From an uncultured Gammaproteobacteria bacterium (GTDB lineage Bacteria > Patescibacteriota > Patescibacteriia > JAHIZJ01), in the NCBI GenBank assembly GCA_964371245.1, contig CAYJKP010000001.1, forward strand, positions 443,042 through 507,041: a stretch of DNA of 64,000 bases, written 5' to 3'. This document shows, in pieces, positions 1 through 8,968 of the stretch. Below the pieces are notes generated by a model. The model was not told the DNA's origin, did not search any database, and was given only the letters and a program-made list of their open reading frames with translations. The position numbers were made by a program, and so were the translations under genes. Position 1 is the first letter of the stretch, and every line of letters begins with the position of its first letter.

Positions 1-1143
1 GTCGTCTGGCTGAAGACGGTGTGCTTCTGGAAGGACCCGAAGACGCTTGAGCCCATCACGATGACCTTGGCGCTGGAATACCCGCCTGTCGACTACCAGG
101 GGAATCGATACTACCTGTATCAGTATCTCGCGTGCAACAACGCGGCAGGGAGTATCATCCCCATCGTCGACGAAGGCTCGACTGAGGTAACCGTCCAACC
201 GCCAGCTACGGAAGAGAAGAAACCGGAGCCGCCCACCACGACGGATCAAGCGCCGCCTCCTCGCGAGACGTCGCATGAATTCGTTCAGGGGGGCGTCTGG
301 TGGCTCGACTACCGGTATGCCCAGGGCGGGAAGGACCGGAAGGGCAACCTTGACCGGCAGCACTCGTTCCTGGGAGGACTGGAGTGGCTGCCACGGATTT
401 CCGGCTACGACGGCTGGGGTCGCCTGCGCGATCTCTCCACCGTTGTCCGGATTGAACAGGCGTCGCTGGACAAGAATCACGTGTCCGGCGAATACCGGCT
501 CGGCGGTCGGGGCTGGATCCTCGGCGACGAGGCCGGCTCCTGGCGTACGGGCTTTGAAGCCGGCGCCTGGTATCTGGCCAGCCAGCGTGAGTTCGTCAAC
601 TACCAGCAGATCTCGCCCTCGACCATTGAGGCGCGAGAAGACGCGAGGTATTTCGATGGCTACGGCGGCTATGGCCGTATCCTCGGGATCACGCCGAAGC
701 TGGGGTATTATGAGGGTATGTTCAAGCGAGGGACAAACCTCGATCGCGAGATCGCGGGGAGTTTCTCCATTGAACCTCACCCACTATATTTCCGGGCGTC
801 GTACGACGTCCAGTACCGCCGCGGACAGTCACGGCACTTCGACAACCAGACCCTGTCCTTCCCGGCCGACACCATGCAGGTGTTCGAGGGACGGATCGGA
901 TACAAGTTCAACCACTATGTCATTGTCTACGCATCGTATGACTCTTGGTCTTACGACAACCCGAGCTGGTCATTCGACTGGCGCGGCCCCGGGATCGGAA
1001 TTGAGTACCGGATCAACCGTTGGTGGCGTCTGAAGGGGCACTTCAAGTACCTGAATGACGCTACCGATAGAGATTTGGTCAACGGCAAGGTGTACCACAC
1101 GGACCGGCAGTGGGCGGGGATCGGCCTCGACCACAGCTGGTGA
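1..1143 (+). CDS. 5'-truncated high-GC CDS; outer-membrane beta-barrel-like protein. It has alternating hydrophobic/polar strands near the C-terminus and a terminal aromatic W
   Basis: The reading frame is open to window position 1. GC is about 62%. The C-terminus ...IGIEYRINRWW...GIGLDHSW ends in Trp, as in OMP beta-barrels. No family was recognised. Confidence 0.4.
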   Translation, partial: VVWLKTVCFWKDPKTLEPITMTLALEYPPVDYQGNRYYLYQYLACNNAAGSIIPIVDEGSTEVTVQPPATEEKKPEPPTTTDQAPPPRETSHEFVQGGVWWLDYRYAQGGKDRKGNLDRQHSFLGGLEWLPRISGYDGWGRLRDLSTVVRIEQASLDKNHVSGEYRLGGRGWILGDEAGSWRTGFEAGAWYLASQREFVNYQQISPSTIEAREDARYFDGYGGYGRILGITPKLGYYEGMFKRGTNLDREIAGSFSIEPHPLYFRASYDVQYRRGQSRHFDNQTLSFPADTMQVFEGRIGYKFNHYVIVYASYDSWSYDNPSWSFDWRGPGIGIEYRINRWWRLKGHFKYLNDATDRDLVNGKVYHTDRQWAGIGLDHSW

Positions 1144-1160
1144 GCAAGGAGGAACCGAAG

Positions 1161-2042
1161 ATGCGCAGGTGTGTGTTGATGGCACTGCTGGTCCTGGTGG
1201 CCTTTGCGCCGGGATGCAGCAGGGACAAGTGGACGATGACCGCGCCCGGGCTTGCCGAGCCGGAGCAGACAACGCTCGGCTTTTCCGTGACGTGCGCGGA
1301 GGTCGAGGACGGCTGGCCGGTGTTCATCAGCGGGCCGGTCGTGCCTGGATACGAACAGGATCAGAACATCAGAGTGCCGTTTGGCACCTATGCCGACGGC
1401 CACGTCGAGGGGGACTACCTCTGGTGGTCCTGGGGAAACGAGAAGCGAGTCCCCGTCTGGTTCTGGGCCCAGAACCCGGCAGACAGCCGCTACTTCCGGA
1501 TGGTCGACATCTCGGTCGGCGGCACTCCGATTCTGGGGTCAGCGGGTTCCAACGAGTGGGAGACCTGTCGTTCCTTCTCGGTCTACCTCGAGAACGGGGC
1601 GATCGTAGCGTCTCCGGACGGGCCTGATTCCCTGATCAATGCGCAGGTCTGGTACACCGGTACCGGTCTGCCTGACGGGAGGAACTGGCCAGCCGATCCT
1701 AACCAGCCGGTTGAATGGCTGGGGACATGGACCGGCTTCCGCGATCGTGCCCATGCGATGGAGTTCGTCAGCGGGCGATGGACCACCGAGAACGAGAACG
1801 TGATGGTCAAGAAGGGATCGAAGGGCTTCCTGAGGCTTCAGAAGCTCACTGGCGAAGAACTCCGGGCCGGTGTCTACTTCGGTCCGGAAGGCGACTTCGA
1901 TCGGGCGACGCTCCTGAAGTGCATCCATGACCTCGGTGGCGGCTACTGCGCCTTCGAGTACGCGATCACCGGCGCCGGGGGATTCGAAAACCCCAGGGAC
2001 GGCGATGAGCGGTTGTACGGCGTCCATATCGGGGGGCATTAG
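1161..2042 (+). CDS. high-GC lipoprotein (signal peptide plus lipobox LVAFAPGC)
   Basis: AAGGAGG sits 8 nt upstream of the ATG at 1161. The N-terminus is MRRCVLMALLVLVAFAPGCS. The function is unknown. Confidence 0.55.
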   Translation: MRRCVLMALLVLVAFAPGCSRDKWTMTAPGLAEPEQTTLGFSVTCAEVEDGWPVFISGPVVPGYEQDQNIRVPFGTYADGHVEGDYLWWSWGNEKRVPVWFWAQNPADSRYFRMVDISVGGTPILGSAGSNEWETCRSFSVYLENGAIVASPDGPDSLINAQVWYTGTGLPDGRNWPADPNQPVEWLGTWTGFRDRAHAMEFVSGRWTTENENVMVKKGSKGFLRLQKLTGEELRAGVYFGPEGDFDRATLLKCIHDLGGGYCAFEYAITGAGGFENPRDGDERLYGVHIGGH

Positions 2043-2109
2043 TAACAGCCCCCACGATCTGGTCTCGATGTTGCGTTCCAAAGGCATACCAACCCACGGA
2101 GGTAGTGAG

Positions 2110-2670
2110 ATGAAGCGGTTCATGGTTCTGATGGTGCTTCTGGTTGCGATGGTCGCCCTGACCCTGCCCGCGATGGCGCAGGTGAGGGATAGCAAGGTGG
2201 CGCCGCCGCCGGCTGACAGCGCGAAGGCGACGGTCACCCCGGCTCCCGCGGCTCCGGCGCGTCCGACGCTCTCCGACCGCAACCCGGTCGACGGCTGGCT
2301 CGACGCGAACGGCAACTGGCATCTGCGGATCTACGTCAATCTGCCCAAGGCCATCGAGTGGTCCGGACAGACGCCGGTGCCGGGACCGTTTACGGTCGTG
2401 CTCGGCGGCCTGCTCTGTGTGGAACAGGATCCGACAGTCACGGGAGTCAACGGCAGTACGGCGGTCGAATTCGTCATTCCGGCGAATGAGTGCAAGTGCC
2501 AGGAGGAAGGCTGCTTCCTCGCGGCACGCCCGGCTGACGACGGCATCACGGTCTGGCCCTGGACCTGGAATCACCCGAGTCGGGCCAAGAACGACAAGGG
2601 CCAGCAGATCGGCGGTTACCGTCTGATCATGCCGGCCGACGGTATCCTGACCTGGTCGGGCAAGCAGTAA
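2110..2670 (+). CDS. high-GC secreted protein of unknown function
   Basis: GGAGG RBS precedes the start. The signal peptide MKRFMVLMVLLVAMVALTLPAMAQV is followed by a proline/alanine-rich linker. Confidence 0.5.
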   Translation: MKRFMVLMVLLVAMVALTLPAMAQVRDSKVAPPPADSAKATVTPAPAAPARPTLSDRNPVDGWLDANGNWHLRIYVNLPKAIEWSGQTPVPGPFTVVLGGLLCVEQDPTVTGVNGSTAVEFVIPANECKCQEEGCFLAARPADDGITVWPWTWNHPSRAKNDKGQQIGGYRLIMPADGILTWSGKQ

Positions 2671-2698
2671 CAACGCCACAATCCTGTGGCGGCTCTTT

Positions 2699-2745
2699 AG
2701 AGCCTTAGTAGTCTCATCACGAGACGAACGGGCTCTTTTTCTTTG
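2699..2745 (+). terminator. rho-independent terminator (nested hairpin AGAGCC...GGCTCT followed by a T-run) ending the high-GC operon
   Basis: A second small hairpin, GCCACAatccTGTGGC, lies at 2675-2690. The T5CT3 run follows the stem. Confidence 0.5.
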
Positions 2746-2801
2746 TAATAAAAAACTGTTATCCAAATAGTAAGGATAGCAGTTTAGTATATGGAAACAG
2801 A

Positions 2802-4199
2802 CTACTTTAACGTCGGAAGTTTTTGCAAAACGGCCATACCTGCCCAGAAAAGCCACATATTCGCCGTACCCTGCAGAACATTGTCCGAAATGCTCATCAC
2901 CAGAACGGCCGCGATCAGCGATAAGCCGGAATACAGCCAGGCTTTATCGGTCGCTGGAAGTTTGGCTCGTAAATGTTGGAAAATATTGTACACAAGCTTA
3001 CCCAAAATTACTAGGTACGCCAATATGCCCACCAGGCCAAGCTCGATCACCAGGCGAAGATAATCGTTATGGGCCTCGGTGCTCTCGTACATACCCTTCA
3101 CGAATTGCTGGCGGATCACTGGAAACGCGCCAAAGCCGTAGCCCAAATACGGCCGGTCGGCGATTTTGCGGCTCATCTCGGTCCAGACCTTGAAGCGCCA
3201 ATCGATCGAGCTTTCGGCGTCGGAATTCTTTTCCGTCAGACGCTGGATGACGGGATTGCGGGAAAAATCGTAATCAAAATTAGTAAAGATGAAACGATTA
3301 AGCGTTGGACCAAAAAGCAACAGGAACATGGCCAGGCCAAAAAGCGCCACGAGAACTTTCTTATAGTATTTCAGGCCCATGATAAAAACAATAATTCCGA
3401 AACAAATCCAGGCGCCGCGAGTATAGGTCAAGATCAGCAGTCCGATAGTAAGAAGTAGGCCGATGATGAGCCAGCCGTGTTTTTTTATTCCCTCTTGACG
3501 ATGGGATAAAAAATAACCGAATCCGAGAATGAAGATTATGAGCAAATAGGTAGCGAAGGCATTGGGATGAACCAGCGTGCCGTAGACGCGATTATTCAAT
3601 CCGGCAAAGCTTAAACCAGTCTGCGTGAAGAATTGATACAAAGCAACCGTTATGGGTATGATACTGGAAAGCGCGATGGCCTTCAGAAAGCGAGCGGCGC
3701 CTTTTCTGTTGACGACCATGGCGCCGGCCATTAAATAGATAAAGAATATACTGGCGATCCTGACGACTTCCCTGATCGTGGCGGAGAGTGACGGGGTGTA
3801 GAATAATGAGATGACGCTGATAATGACAAAGATAAAAAATGGCCAAAACAGCGGCTGTTTCCAAACGCGCTGTTGACGGCGAATTAGGTAAAATAGGATC
3901 CAGGCGATGACCAGTAAACCGACCACGGACGACAGATTCAGGGAAAATTGTCCGACGTTCAGAAAATCAATCTGGCTGAACGTGTCCATGGCTGGGCGAA
4001 GGACGATAAGCGCGAGAAAGCCCAACTCATAGTCAATCAAAAATATCGGTAATAATACCGTTAAAATCAAAATTTGTAAGATATTTTCGTAGGTTGGATG
4101 CCGCGTAATGGCGTATAAGAGCGGCGCCGCAATCAACACCGTCAGAAAAAGAGTTTGTCCGATTCGTTGAGAGCTATACTTCTGCATTGGGACGGGCAT
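2802..4199 (-). CDS. polytopic membrane protein of the O-antigen ligase / Wzy-like polymerase family
   Basis: More than 10 predicted TM helices. It carries the EAHNDYLRLVIELG motif typical of the O-antigen ligase (Wzy_C) family. Confidence 0.6.
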   Translation of the reverse strand: MPVPMQKYSSQRIGQTLFLTVLIAAPLLYAITRHPTYENILQILILTVLLPIFLIDYELGFLALIVLRPAMDTFSQIDFLNVGQFSLNLSSVVGLLVIAWILFYLIRRQQRVWKQPLFWPFFIFVIISVISLFYTPSLSATIREVVRIASIFFIYLMAGAMVVNRKGAARFLKAIALSSIIPITVALYQFFTQTGLSFAGLNNRVYGTLVHPNAFATYLLIIFILGFGYFLSHRQEGIKKHGWLIIGLLLTIGLLILTYTRGAWICFGIIVFIMGLKYYKKVLVALFGLAMFLLLFGPTLNRFIFTNFDYDFSRNPVIQRLTEKNSDAESSIDWRFKVWTEMSRKIADRPYLGYGFGAFPVIRQQFVKGMYESTEAHNDYLRLVIELGLVGILAYLVILGKLVYNIFQHLRAKLPATDKAWLYSGLSLIAAVLVMSISDNVLQGTANMWLFWAGMAVLQKLPTLK

Positions 4200-5373
4200 G
4201 TTTAATAAAAATTGATTCGTATTTTTGAATAGCTATGTTCCAATCGTACTGCTCGGCAAAGATCCGGGCTTGGCGTTCAACCTTCTGACGCAGATCGGAC
4301 GACTCAAAGAGTCGGTGTATTTTTTCATACATTTCGTGGGAAGAATTTGCCACGAAGATATTCTCGCCGTCAGAGATCGGTAATCCAGCGAGGCTTGTCG
4401 GAGTAGCGACGATTGCCTTGCCGCACGCCATCGCCTCGACAATTTTGTTTTTAAAGCCGGCACCGAGCGTAATTGCAGACACATACACAGCCGAGCGCCA
4501 TAAATAACAGCGAATATCTTTCACATAATCGGTAACGATAATCTGTGGATCGAGCGACTGAAGCTCGAAAATATCGAGGGTCGGATTTTTCCCGACGATA
4601 TACCATTGAACCCGCGGGTGCGCCTGTTTAAGCGACGGCCACACATTTTTATTGAAATCGAGGACGGCCCGGACATTCGGCGGAAAATTCATGGTTCCGG
4701 TGAAGACAATTGTTTCGTTATCAGGCTGCGATTCAGAGGGACGGAAGAATTTTAGATCCACGCCATTGGCAATAACGGATACTTTGGCCGTTGGAGCTAA
4801 TTGCTGGATTGTTTTGCGGTCGACATCTGAGACAACAACGGTTTCCGACAAAGCAGGCAGGACATGTTGTTCAAGAGCTATTGCTTTTTCACGTTCGAAG
4901 CGATAATGAATCTTTCTTAACGGATTTTTCGTGATGGCCCGAAATTGTTCATACCATGAGGAATATGCGTCGATGTACCCAAAGACAACGGGCGTGCGCG
5001 AGATATGTTTCAGGTAGGCGGAAATGAACGGGGAGTGGAAGTAGACGAGATCGACATCAGGGCGACCGTCAAGCGTTTCGACTTCCCAGATCATTTCGGG
5101 CGTGTACAGCTGGTATTGGAACCAGGCCATTGAACGGGATTTCGGCGAGAGATAGTAGAATGGGAGCAGGCGTTTCGGACGGTCAAAAAGCTTCACGCTG
5201 ATGCCGAGGTCGGTGAAACGCTTGATATTCGGAAGATCGTGTTTGTCGCCAAAACAAAGCAGTCGGATCTGATGCCGTTGAGACAAACGCGTCAATAAGT
5301 GATAGGCGATTAAGGCCTGGCCGTCCTTTTCGGGCGGATAGGGGAGGCTATTGGTGACAAATGCTAAACGCAT
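4174..5373 (-). CDS. glycosyltransferase family 1 (GT4-type)
   Basis: The C-terminal motif GAGFKNKIVEAMACGKAIVAT is the EX7E-like GT4 signature. Confidence 0.75.
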   Translation of the reverse strand: MRLAFVTNSLPYPPEKDGQALIAYHLLTRLSQRHQIRLLCFGDKHDLPNIKRFTDLGISVKLFDRPKRLLPFYYLSPKSRSMAWFQYQLYTPEMIWEVETLDGRPDVDLVYFHSPFISAYLKHISRTPVVFGYIDAYSSWYEQFRAITKNPLRKIHYRFEREKAIALEQHVLPALSETVVVSDVDRKTIQQLAPTAKVSVIANGVDLKFFRPSESQPDNETIVFTGTMNFPPNVRAVLDFNKNVWPSLKQAHPRVQWYIVGKNPTLDIFELQSLDPQIIVTDYVKDIRCYLWRSAVYVSAITLGAGFKNKIVEAMACGKAIVATPTSLAGLPISDGENIFVANSSHEMYEKIHRLFESSDLRQKVERQARIFAEQYDWNIAIQKYESIFIKHARPNAEV

Positions 5374-5466
5374 GTATTTATCTTAGCGTAAAATTAGGAA
5401 TCTGAATATGGTACACAATCTTGGCGCTATTGTCAATCGTAGGGCGTTAGGCGGGAACTAGTGTAA

Positions 5467-5495
5467 TTGTCAGCGTCACCGGTGGCGTGTATACT
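5467..5495 (+). promoter_or_regulatory. sigma70-like promoter TTGTCA-N17-TATACT
   Basis: Near-consensus hexamers with a 17-nt spacer. The ATG at 5520 lies about 25 nt downstream. Confidence 0.4.
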
Positions 5496-5519
5496 GAGAA
5501 GCAGTTAGAAAATCATCAA

Positions 5520-6146
5520 ATGTCGCTAGCCTACAAAATATCAGAATACAATAGAAACCGGAAGTGGCGCGCCTTTATCAAAACGTTCACGCTTTCGCCG
5601 AACGTAAAAATACTGGACGTCGGTTTCACTGAACGCGAGTATAGCGAAACCGATAATTATTTGGAAAAACATTATCCGTATCAGCATAATATTACCGCGC
5701 TCGGCGTTGACCAGGCGGAGGAATTCAGGCATCGCTATCCGGCCGTGAACGTCGTAACGTATCGTGGCGGAAAATTTCCTTTTAACGACCATCAGTTCGA
5801 TATTTGTTGGTCAAATGCGGTGATCGAACACGTCGGTAATTCACAGAAACAGCTAGCGTTTTTACAAGAAATACGCCGCGTGGCGAGACATGGCTATCTG
5901 ACCACGCCCAATAAAATGTTTCCGATCGAGGTGCATACGCGCCTGCCGTTGCTGCACTATTTGCCAAAACCGTGGTTCGACGCGATTATCAAAAAAACAA
6001 ATCGAAAATGGGCGGCCGGCGATTATATGCATCTGTTGTCAGAACGCGCGTTGCGAAAATTATTGCAGACGGCGGGGTATACAAACTATACGATAATAAA
6101 AAATCGATTGGCCTTCATTCCGCTGGACTTCGTGATTGCGTTCTAA
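5520..6146 (+). CDS. class I SAM-dependent methyltransferase (type-11-like)
   Basis: Motif I is ILDVGF and the post-I acidic residue is present. The ORF track begins at a GTG at 5487; the ATG at 5520 was preferred. Confidence 0.6.
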   Translation: MSLAYKISEYNRNRKWRAFIKTFTLSPNVKILDVGFTEREYSETDNYLEKHYPYQHNITALGVDQAEEFRHRYPAVNVVTYRGGKFPFNDHQFDICWSNAVIEHVGNSQKQLAFLQEIRRVARHGYLTTPNKMFPIEVHTRLPLLHYLPKPWFDAIIKKTNRKWAAGDYMHLLSERALRKLLQTAGYTNYTIIKNRLAFIPLDFVIAF

Positions 6147-6161
6147 TTAGTATAAAATGGT

Positions 6162-6185
6162 AAGGGGGCTAAGCCCTTTTTTTGA
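6162..6185 (+). terminator. rho-independent terminator (AAGGGGGCTAAGCCCTT followed by T8)
   Basis: A GC stem followed by a poly-T run lies directly after the methyltransferase stop codon. Confidence 0.55.
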
Positions 6186-6241
6186 AAAAAATGCCTGGTC
6201 ACGGATGTGGCCAGGCGAAGGCAGAAGGTTCGAACAGGGGA

Positions 6242-7603
6242 TCAGTTGCCGATCGGTGGGGCGGGTGGAACTCGTGGCTTGCCACCACCTCCGACACAAT
6301 CCGGCGCGTTGTTGTCGACGACGCAGAGAAGCTGAAAGAGCTTCGTCATGTCGTCGTACCAGTCACCGGACTGTTGGCTGAAGTCGTAGCTGCAGCGAGC
6401 CGCGAATTCGGCCGGGACACCACTCTCAACGCACAGGTTGACGGCGTCCCAGTAGGAGTCGTCGACGACGTAGGCGCCGTAATCACGCAGCGCTTGCGCG
6501 ATCTTCATTGCCGGGGAGGTTTTCAGCCCCAGCGAATCGAGGTTCACGTTGGACGGAATGGCGAGCAGGCAGCCCATGCGTACGGCCGGCTTGGCGATAC
6601 CATCCTTGTCGTACTCCCGCTGGTAGTAATGATCGGCACGCGCGGCCGGCCAGCGGAAGCCTTTCTGGGTTTTCGATCCGTATCGGGCCATCCAGATGTC
6701 GATCTTCAGCGCGTGTCGGATCGGTTCCGGACCGAAGAGCTCGCCCCGGCGGATAGAACCACCGAGTGTGGCTAAGCTAGAACCGCCATGGCCGCCGCCG
6801 ATCCCATCTCCATACAGGTCGACGGTGGGCGCTTTCCAGCCGGCATAGGCGGGGCCAGTAGGATCGCAGCGGGCGGTCGGGTTTGCCTGGTAGACGGTGT
6901 TTCCGTCAGCCAAGACAAAGGCCGAGGTTGTGTTGCCGTCGTTCGCCGGGATCAAGGCACCGTCCGGCACGATGATCTTGGCCAGTTCATTGCTGCCGCT
7001 GCACTCTCCTGGCCACTTCCCGTTTCCGTAGAGCGGTCGCTCGCGTCCTTCGAAGAACAGGTACTCCTTGTCGGGTGCGATCCAGAGACAGGGCCTCAGA
7101 CCGGCCGGGACATAGTTTGCCTCGGATCCGATCGGCGCGTTCCAGATGCTGCCGGTCGAAAACGGCCACAGGTACTTGTCCCTGGTCGGAGCATGATCGC
7201 CGCCGCGACCTTGGCACTTCACCGTTTTCAGCTCGCTCGCCCCAAAAGTGATCTTGGCCTTGTGCTGACCGCGTTTCAAGGGCGAGTACGTAACGGTGAG
7301 CAGCCGAGACTCGAACGGCTGGAGAGTGATAACCGACGGATTGACCGAGAAGTGTTTGCTCGACGACTTCACCGAGCTCTCAATCGGGCTGGTCGTCAGG
7401 TTGTAGAGCCTGAGGCTCAGTGAGTTCGAGCGACCAGGCGAAACCGAGCCAAAGTCCAGCTTGAGAGGAGTGACTGGCTGGGTCGACACGATCGCGGGCT
7501 GCTGAACAGTCCGCTGACACGTTGTCGGCGCGCAGCAGGCTCCAGCAAGCACGAGAAAAGCGGCTACGAGTACCCAGATTCCTCTCATTGGATTTACCCC
7601 CAT
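6242..7603 (-). CDS. high-GC (about 60%) secreted protein of unknown function; probable true start at the second ATG, 7588
   Basis: The N-terminus MRGIWVLVAAFLVLAGACC is a signal peptide. GC and codon usage differ sharply from both flanks. Confidence 0.55.
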   Translation of the reverse strand: MGVNPMRGIWVLVAAFLVLAGACCAPTTCQRTVQQPAIVSTQPVTPLKLDFGSVSPGRSNSLSLRLYNLTTSPIESSVKSSSKHFSVNPSVITLQPFESRLLTVTYSPLKRGQHKAKITFGASELKTVKCQGRGGDHAPTRDKYLWPFSTGSIWNAPIGSEANYVPAGLRPCLWIAPDKEYLFFEGRERPLYGNGKWPGECSGSNELAKIIVPDGALIPANDGNTTSAFVLADGNTVYQANPTARCDPTGPAYAGWKAPTVDLYGDGIGGGHGGSSLATLGGSIRRGELFGPEPIRHALKIDIWMARYGSKTQKGFRWPAARADHYYQREYDKDGIAKPAVRMGCLLAIPSNVNLDSLGLKTSPAMKIAQALRDYGAYVVDDSYWDAVNLCVESGVPAEFAARCSYDFSQQSGDWYDDMTKLFQLLCVVDNNAPDCVGGGGKPRVPPAPPIGN

Positions 7604-7644
7604 GGTAAAGGTTATCGAAGAAGCTATCAGCTACCGAACGTATA

Positions 7645-7672
7645 AATATACACTAAAACGATTTTTTGTCAA
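7645..7672 (-). promoter_or_regulatory. minus-strand promoter TTGACA-N16-TATATT driving the high-GC gene
   Basis: Reverse complement of 7645-7672. The AT-rich host-like promoter is divergent from the GT4 promoter. Confidence 0.45.
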
Positions 7673-7691
7673 CCCGCGCTGGTCGCAGGTA

Positions 7692-7720
7692 TTGACAAGA
7701 AGTATAATAATTGCTATACT
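7692..7720 (+). promoter_or_regulatory. promoter TTGACA-N17-TATACT
   Basis: Consensus -35 with a 17-nt spacer, about 30 nt upstream of the ATG at 7751. Confidence 0.5.
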
Positions 7721-7750
7721 GCGCTGTTTTACTAATGGTATGATATCAAT

Positions 7751-8968
7751 ATGAAAATATTGCTGATCAACAAGTTTTACTACCTGAAGGGTGGAGCCGA
7801 ACGGCACTTCTTTGAGCTGAAAGAAATGCTCGAACGACATGGCCATGAAGTTGTCGTTTTTTCTATGCAGGACGAGAAAAATATCCCGTCACCCTATTCG
7901 AAGTATTTCGTTTCAGAAGTTAACTTTGAAAACGTGGCCCTGAATTGGCAGGGGTTACGTACGGCCGGCCGGATGCTGTATTCATTCGAGGCGCGCCGGA
8001 AAATCAGTCAGTTGCTGGATGCTGAAAAACCGGATCTCGTGCACGTGCACAATATTTATCACCAGATTTCGCCTTCGATATTGTCGGCGATAAAAAAGCG
8101 CAATATCCCGATTGTTCAGACGCTCCATGATTATAAATTGCTGTCGCCGAATTATGCCTTGTTTTGCCACGGTAAGATTTGCGAGTGTGCACTTGGCGGT
8201 AAATACTATACGTGCATTCGACACCGATGCATTAAAAACTCATATATCGCCTCAGCTCTATCGGCGCTTGAAATGTACTTTCATAAAACTCTGCAGCTGT
8301 ATGAAAAAAATATCGATGTCTTTATTTGTCCGAGTATATTCATGGCGAGACAGCTGAAGCGCTGGGGGATTCGTGCCAAGAGAATTGAGCAAATATACAA
8401 TTTTGTTTCCGAGACAGCGCCAACGGAAAATGTTATCGGCGACTACTTCGTATACGTCGGGCGACTGTCTGAAGAAAAGGGACTGCCGCTATTGCTCGAG
8501 GCATTTGCGGGTTTGCCGTCAAAATTGAAAATTGTCGGCACCGGGCCACTAGAAAAAGAGCTGAGGCAGAGAGTTCGGACTGAAGGAATGAAAAATGTTG
8601 AGTTTCTTGGTTATCGGGAGGGCGAGGAATTATCAGATATAGTGAGCAAATCCTTGGCGGTTGTCGTGCCGTCGCAATGGTATGAAAATTGCCCGCTGGT
8701 AATATTAGAAGCCTATCAGCATGGCAAGCCGGTTATTGCAACAGAAATCGGAGGCATTCCCGAGCTTGTTCGCCAGGGCCAAACGGGGTATACTTTCAAG
8801 CTCGGCTCGCCAAACGATTTGAGAAAGAAAATTCAACTCATGATAGAAAATACCAGCCGGGTCGATGAAATGGGACAGAACGCGAAGGCGTTTTCGGATC
8901 AGTTCCGTACCGAAAAATATTATCAGAAACTCATTACCATATATGAATCGCTGGTTGGCAAAAAATAG
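7751..8968 (+). CDS. glycosyltransferase family 1 (GT4-type)
   Basis: Carries PSQWYENCPLVILEAYQHGKPVIATEIGGIPE, the GT4 EX7E region. Confidence 0.75.
   Translation: MKILLINKFYYLKGGAERHFFELKEMLERHGHEVVVFSMQDEKNIPSPYSKYFVSEVNFENVALNWQGLRTAGRMLYSFEARRKISQLLDAEKPDLVHVHNIYHQISPSILSAIKKRNIPIVQTLHDYKLLSPNYALFCHGKICECALGGKYYTCIRHRCIKNSYIASALSALEMYFHKTLQLYEKNIDVFICPSIFMARQLKRWGIRAKRIEQIYNFVSETAPTENVIGDYFVYVGRLSEEKGLPLLLEAFAGLPSKLKIVGTGPLEKELRQRVRTEGMKNVEFLGYREGEELSDIVSKSLAVVVPSQWYENCPLVILEAYQHGKPVIATEIGGIPELVRQGQTGYTFKLGSPNDLRKKIQLMIENTSRVDEMGQNAKAFSDQFRTEKYYQKLITIYESLVGKK

Noticed and set aside
206-2856. Numerous overlapping or antisense ORFs in the 0-2.8 kb high-GC block (for example 206-394, 275-1033, 951-1403, 1539-2315 and 1966-2856)
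   Set aside because: High-GC DNA yields long spurious open frames. These lack signal, RBS or coherent protein features and overlap better-supported same-region CDSs.
6182-7423. Plus-strand ORFs 6182-6775 and 6788-7423 antisense to the high-GC secreted protein gene
   Set aside because: They are GC-driven artefact frames inside the 6242-7603 CDS.
8865-8942. Upstream ATG start (8865) for the FG-GAP surface protein
   Set aside because: It would overlap the preceding GT4 gene by 103 nt. The internal ATG at 8943 places the TM anchor at a typical distance from the N-terminus. The call remains uncertain.
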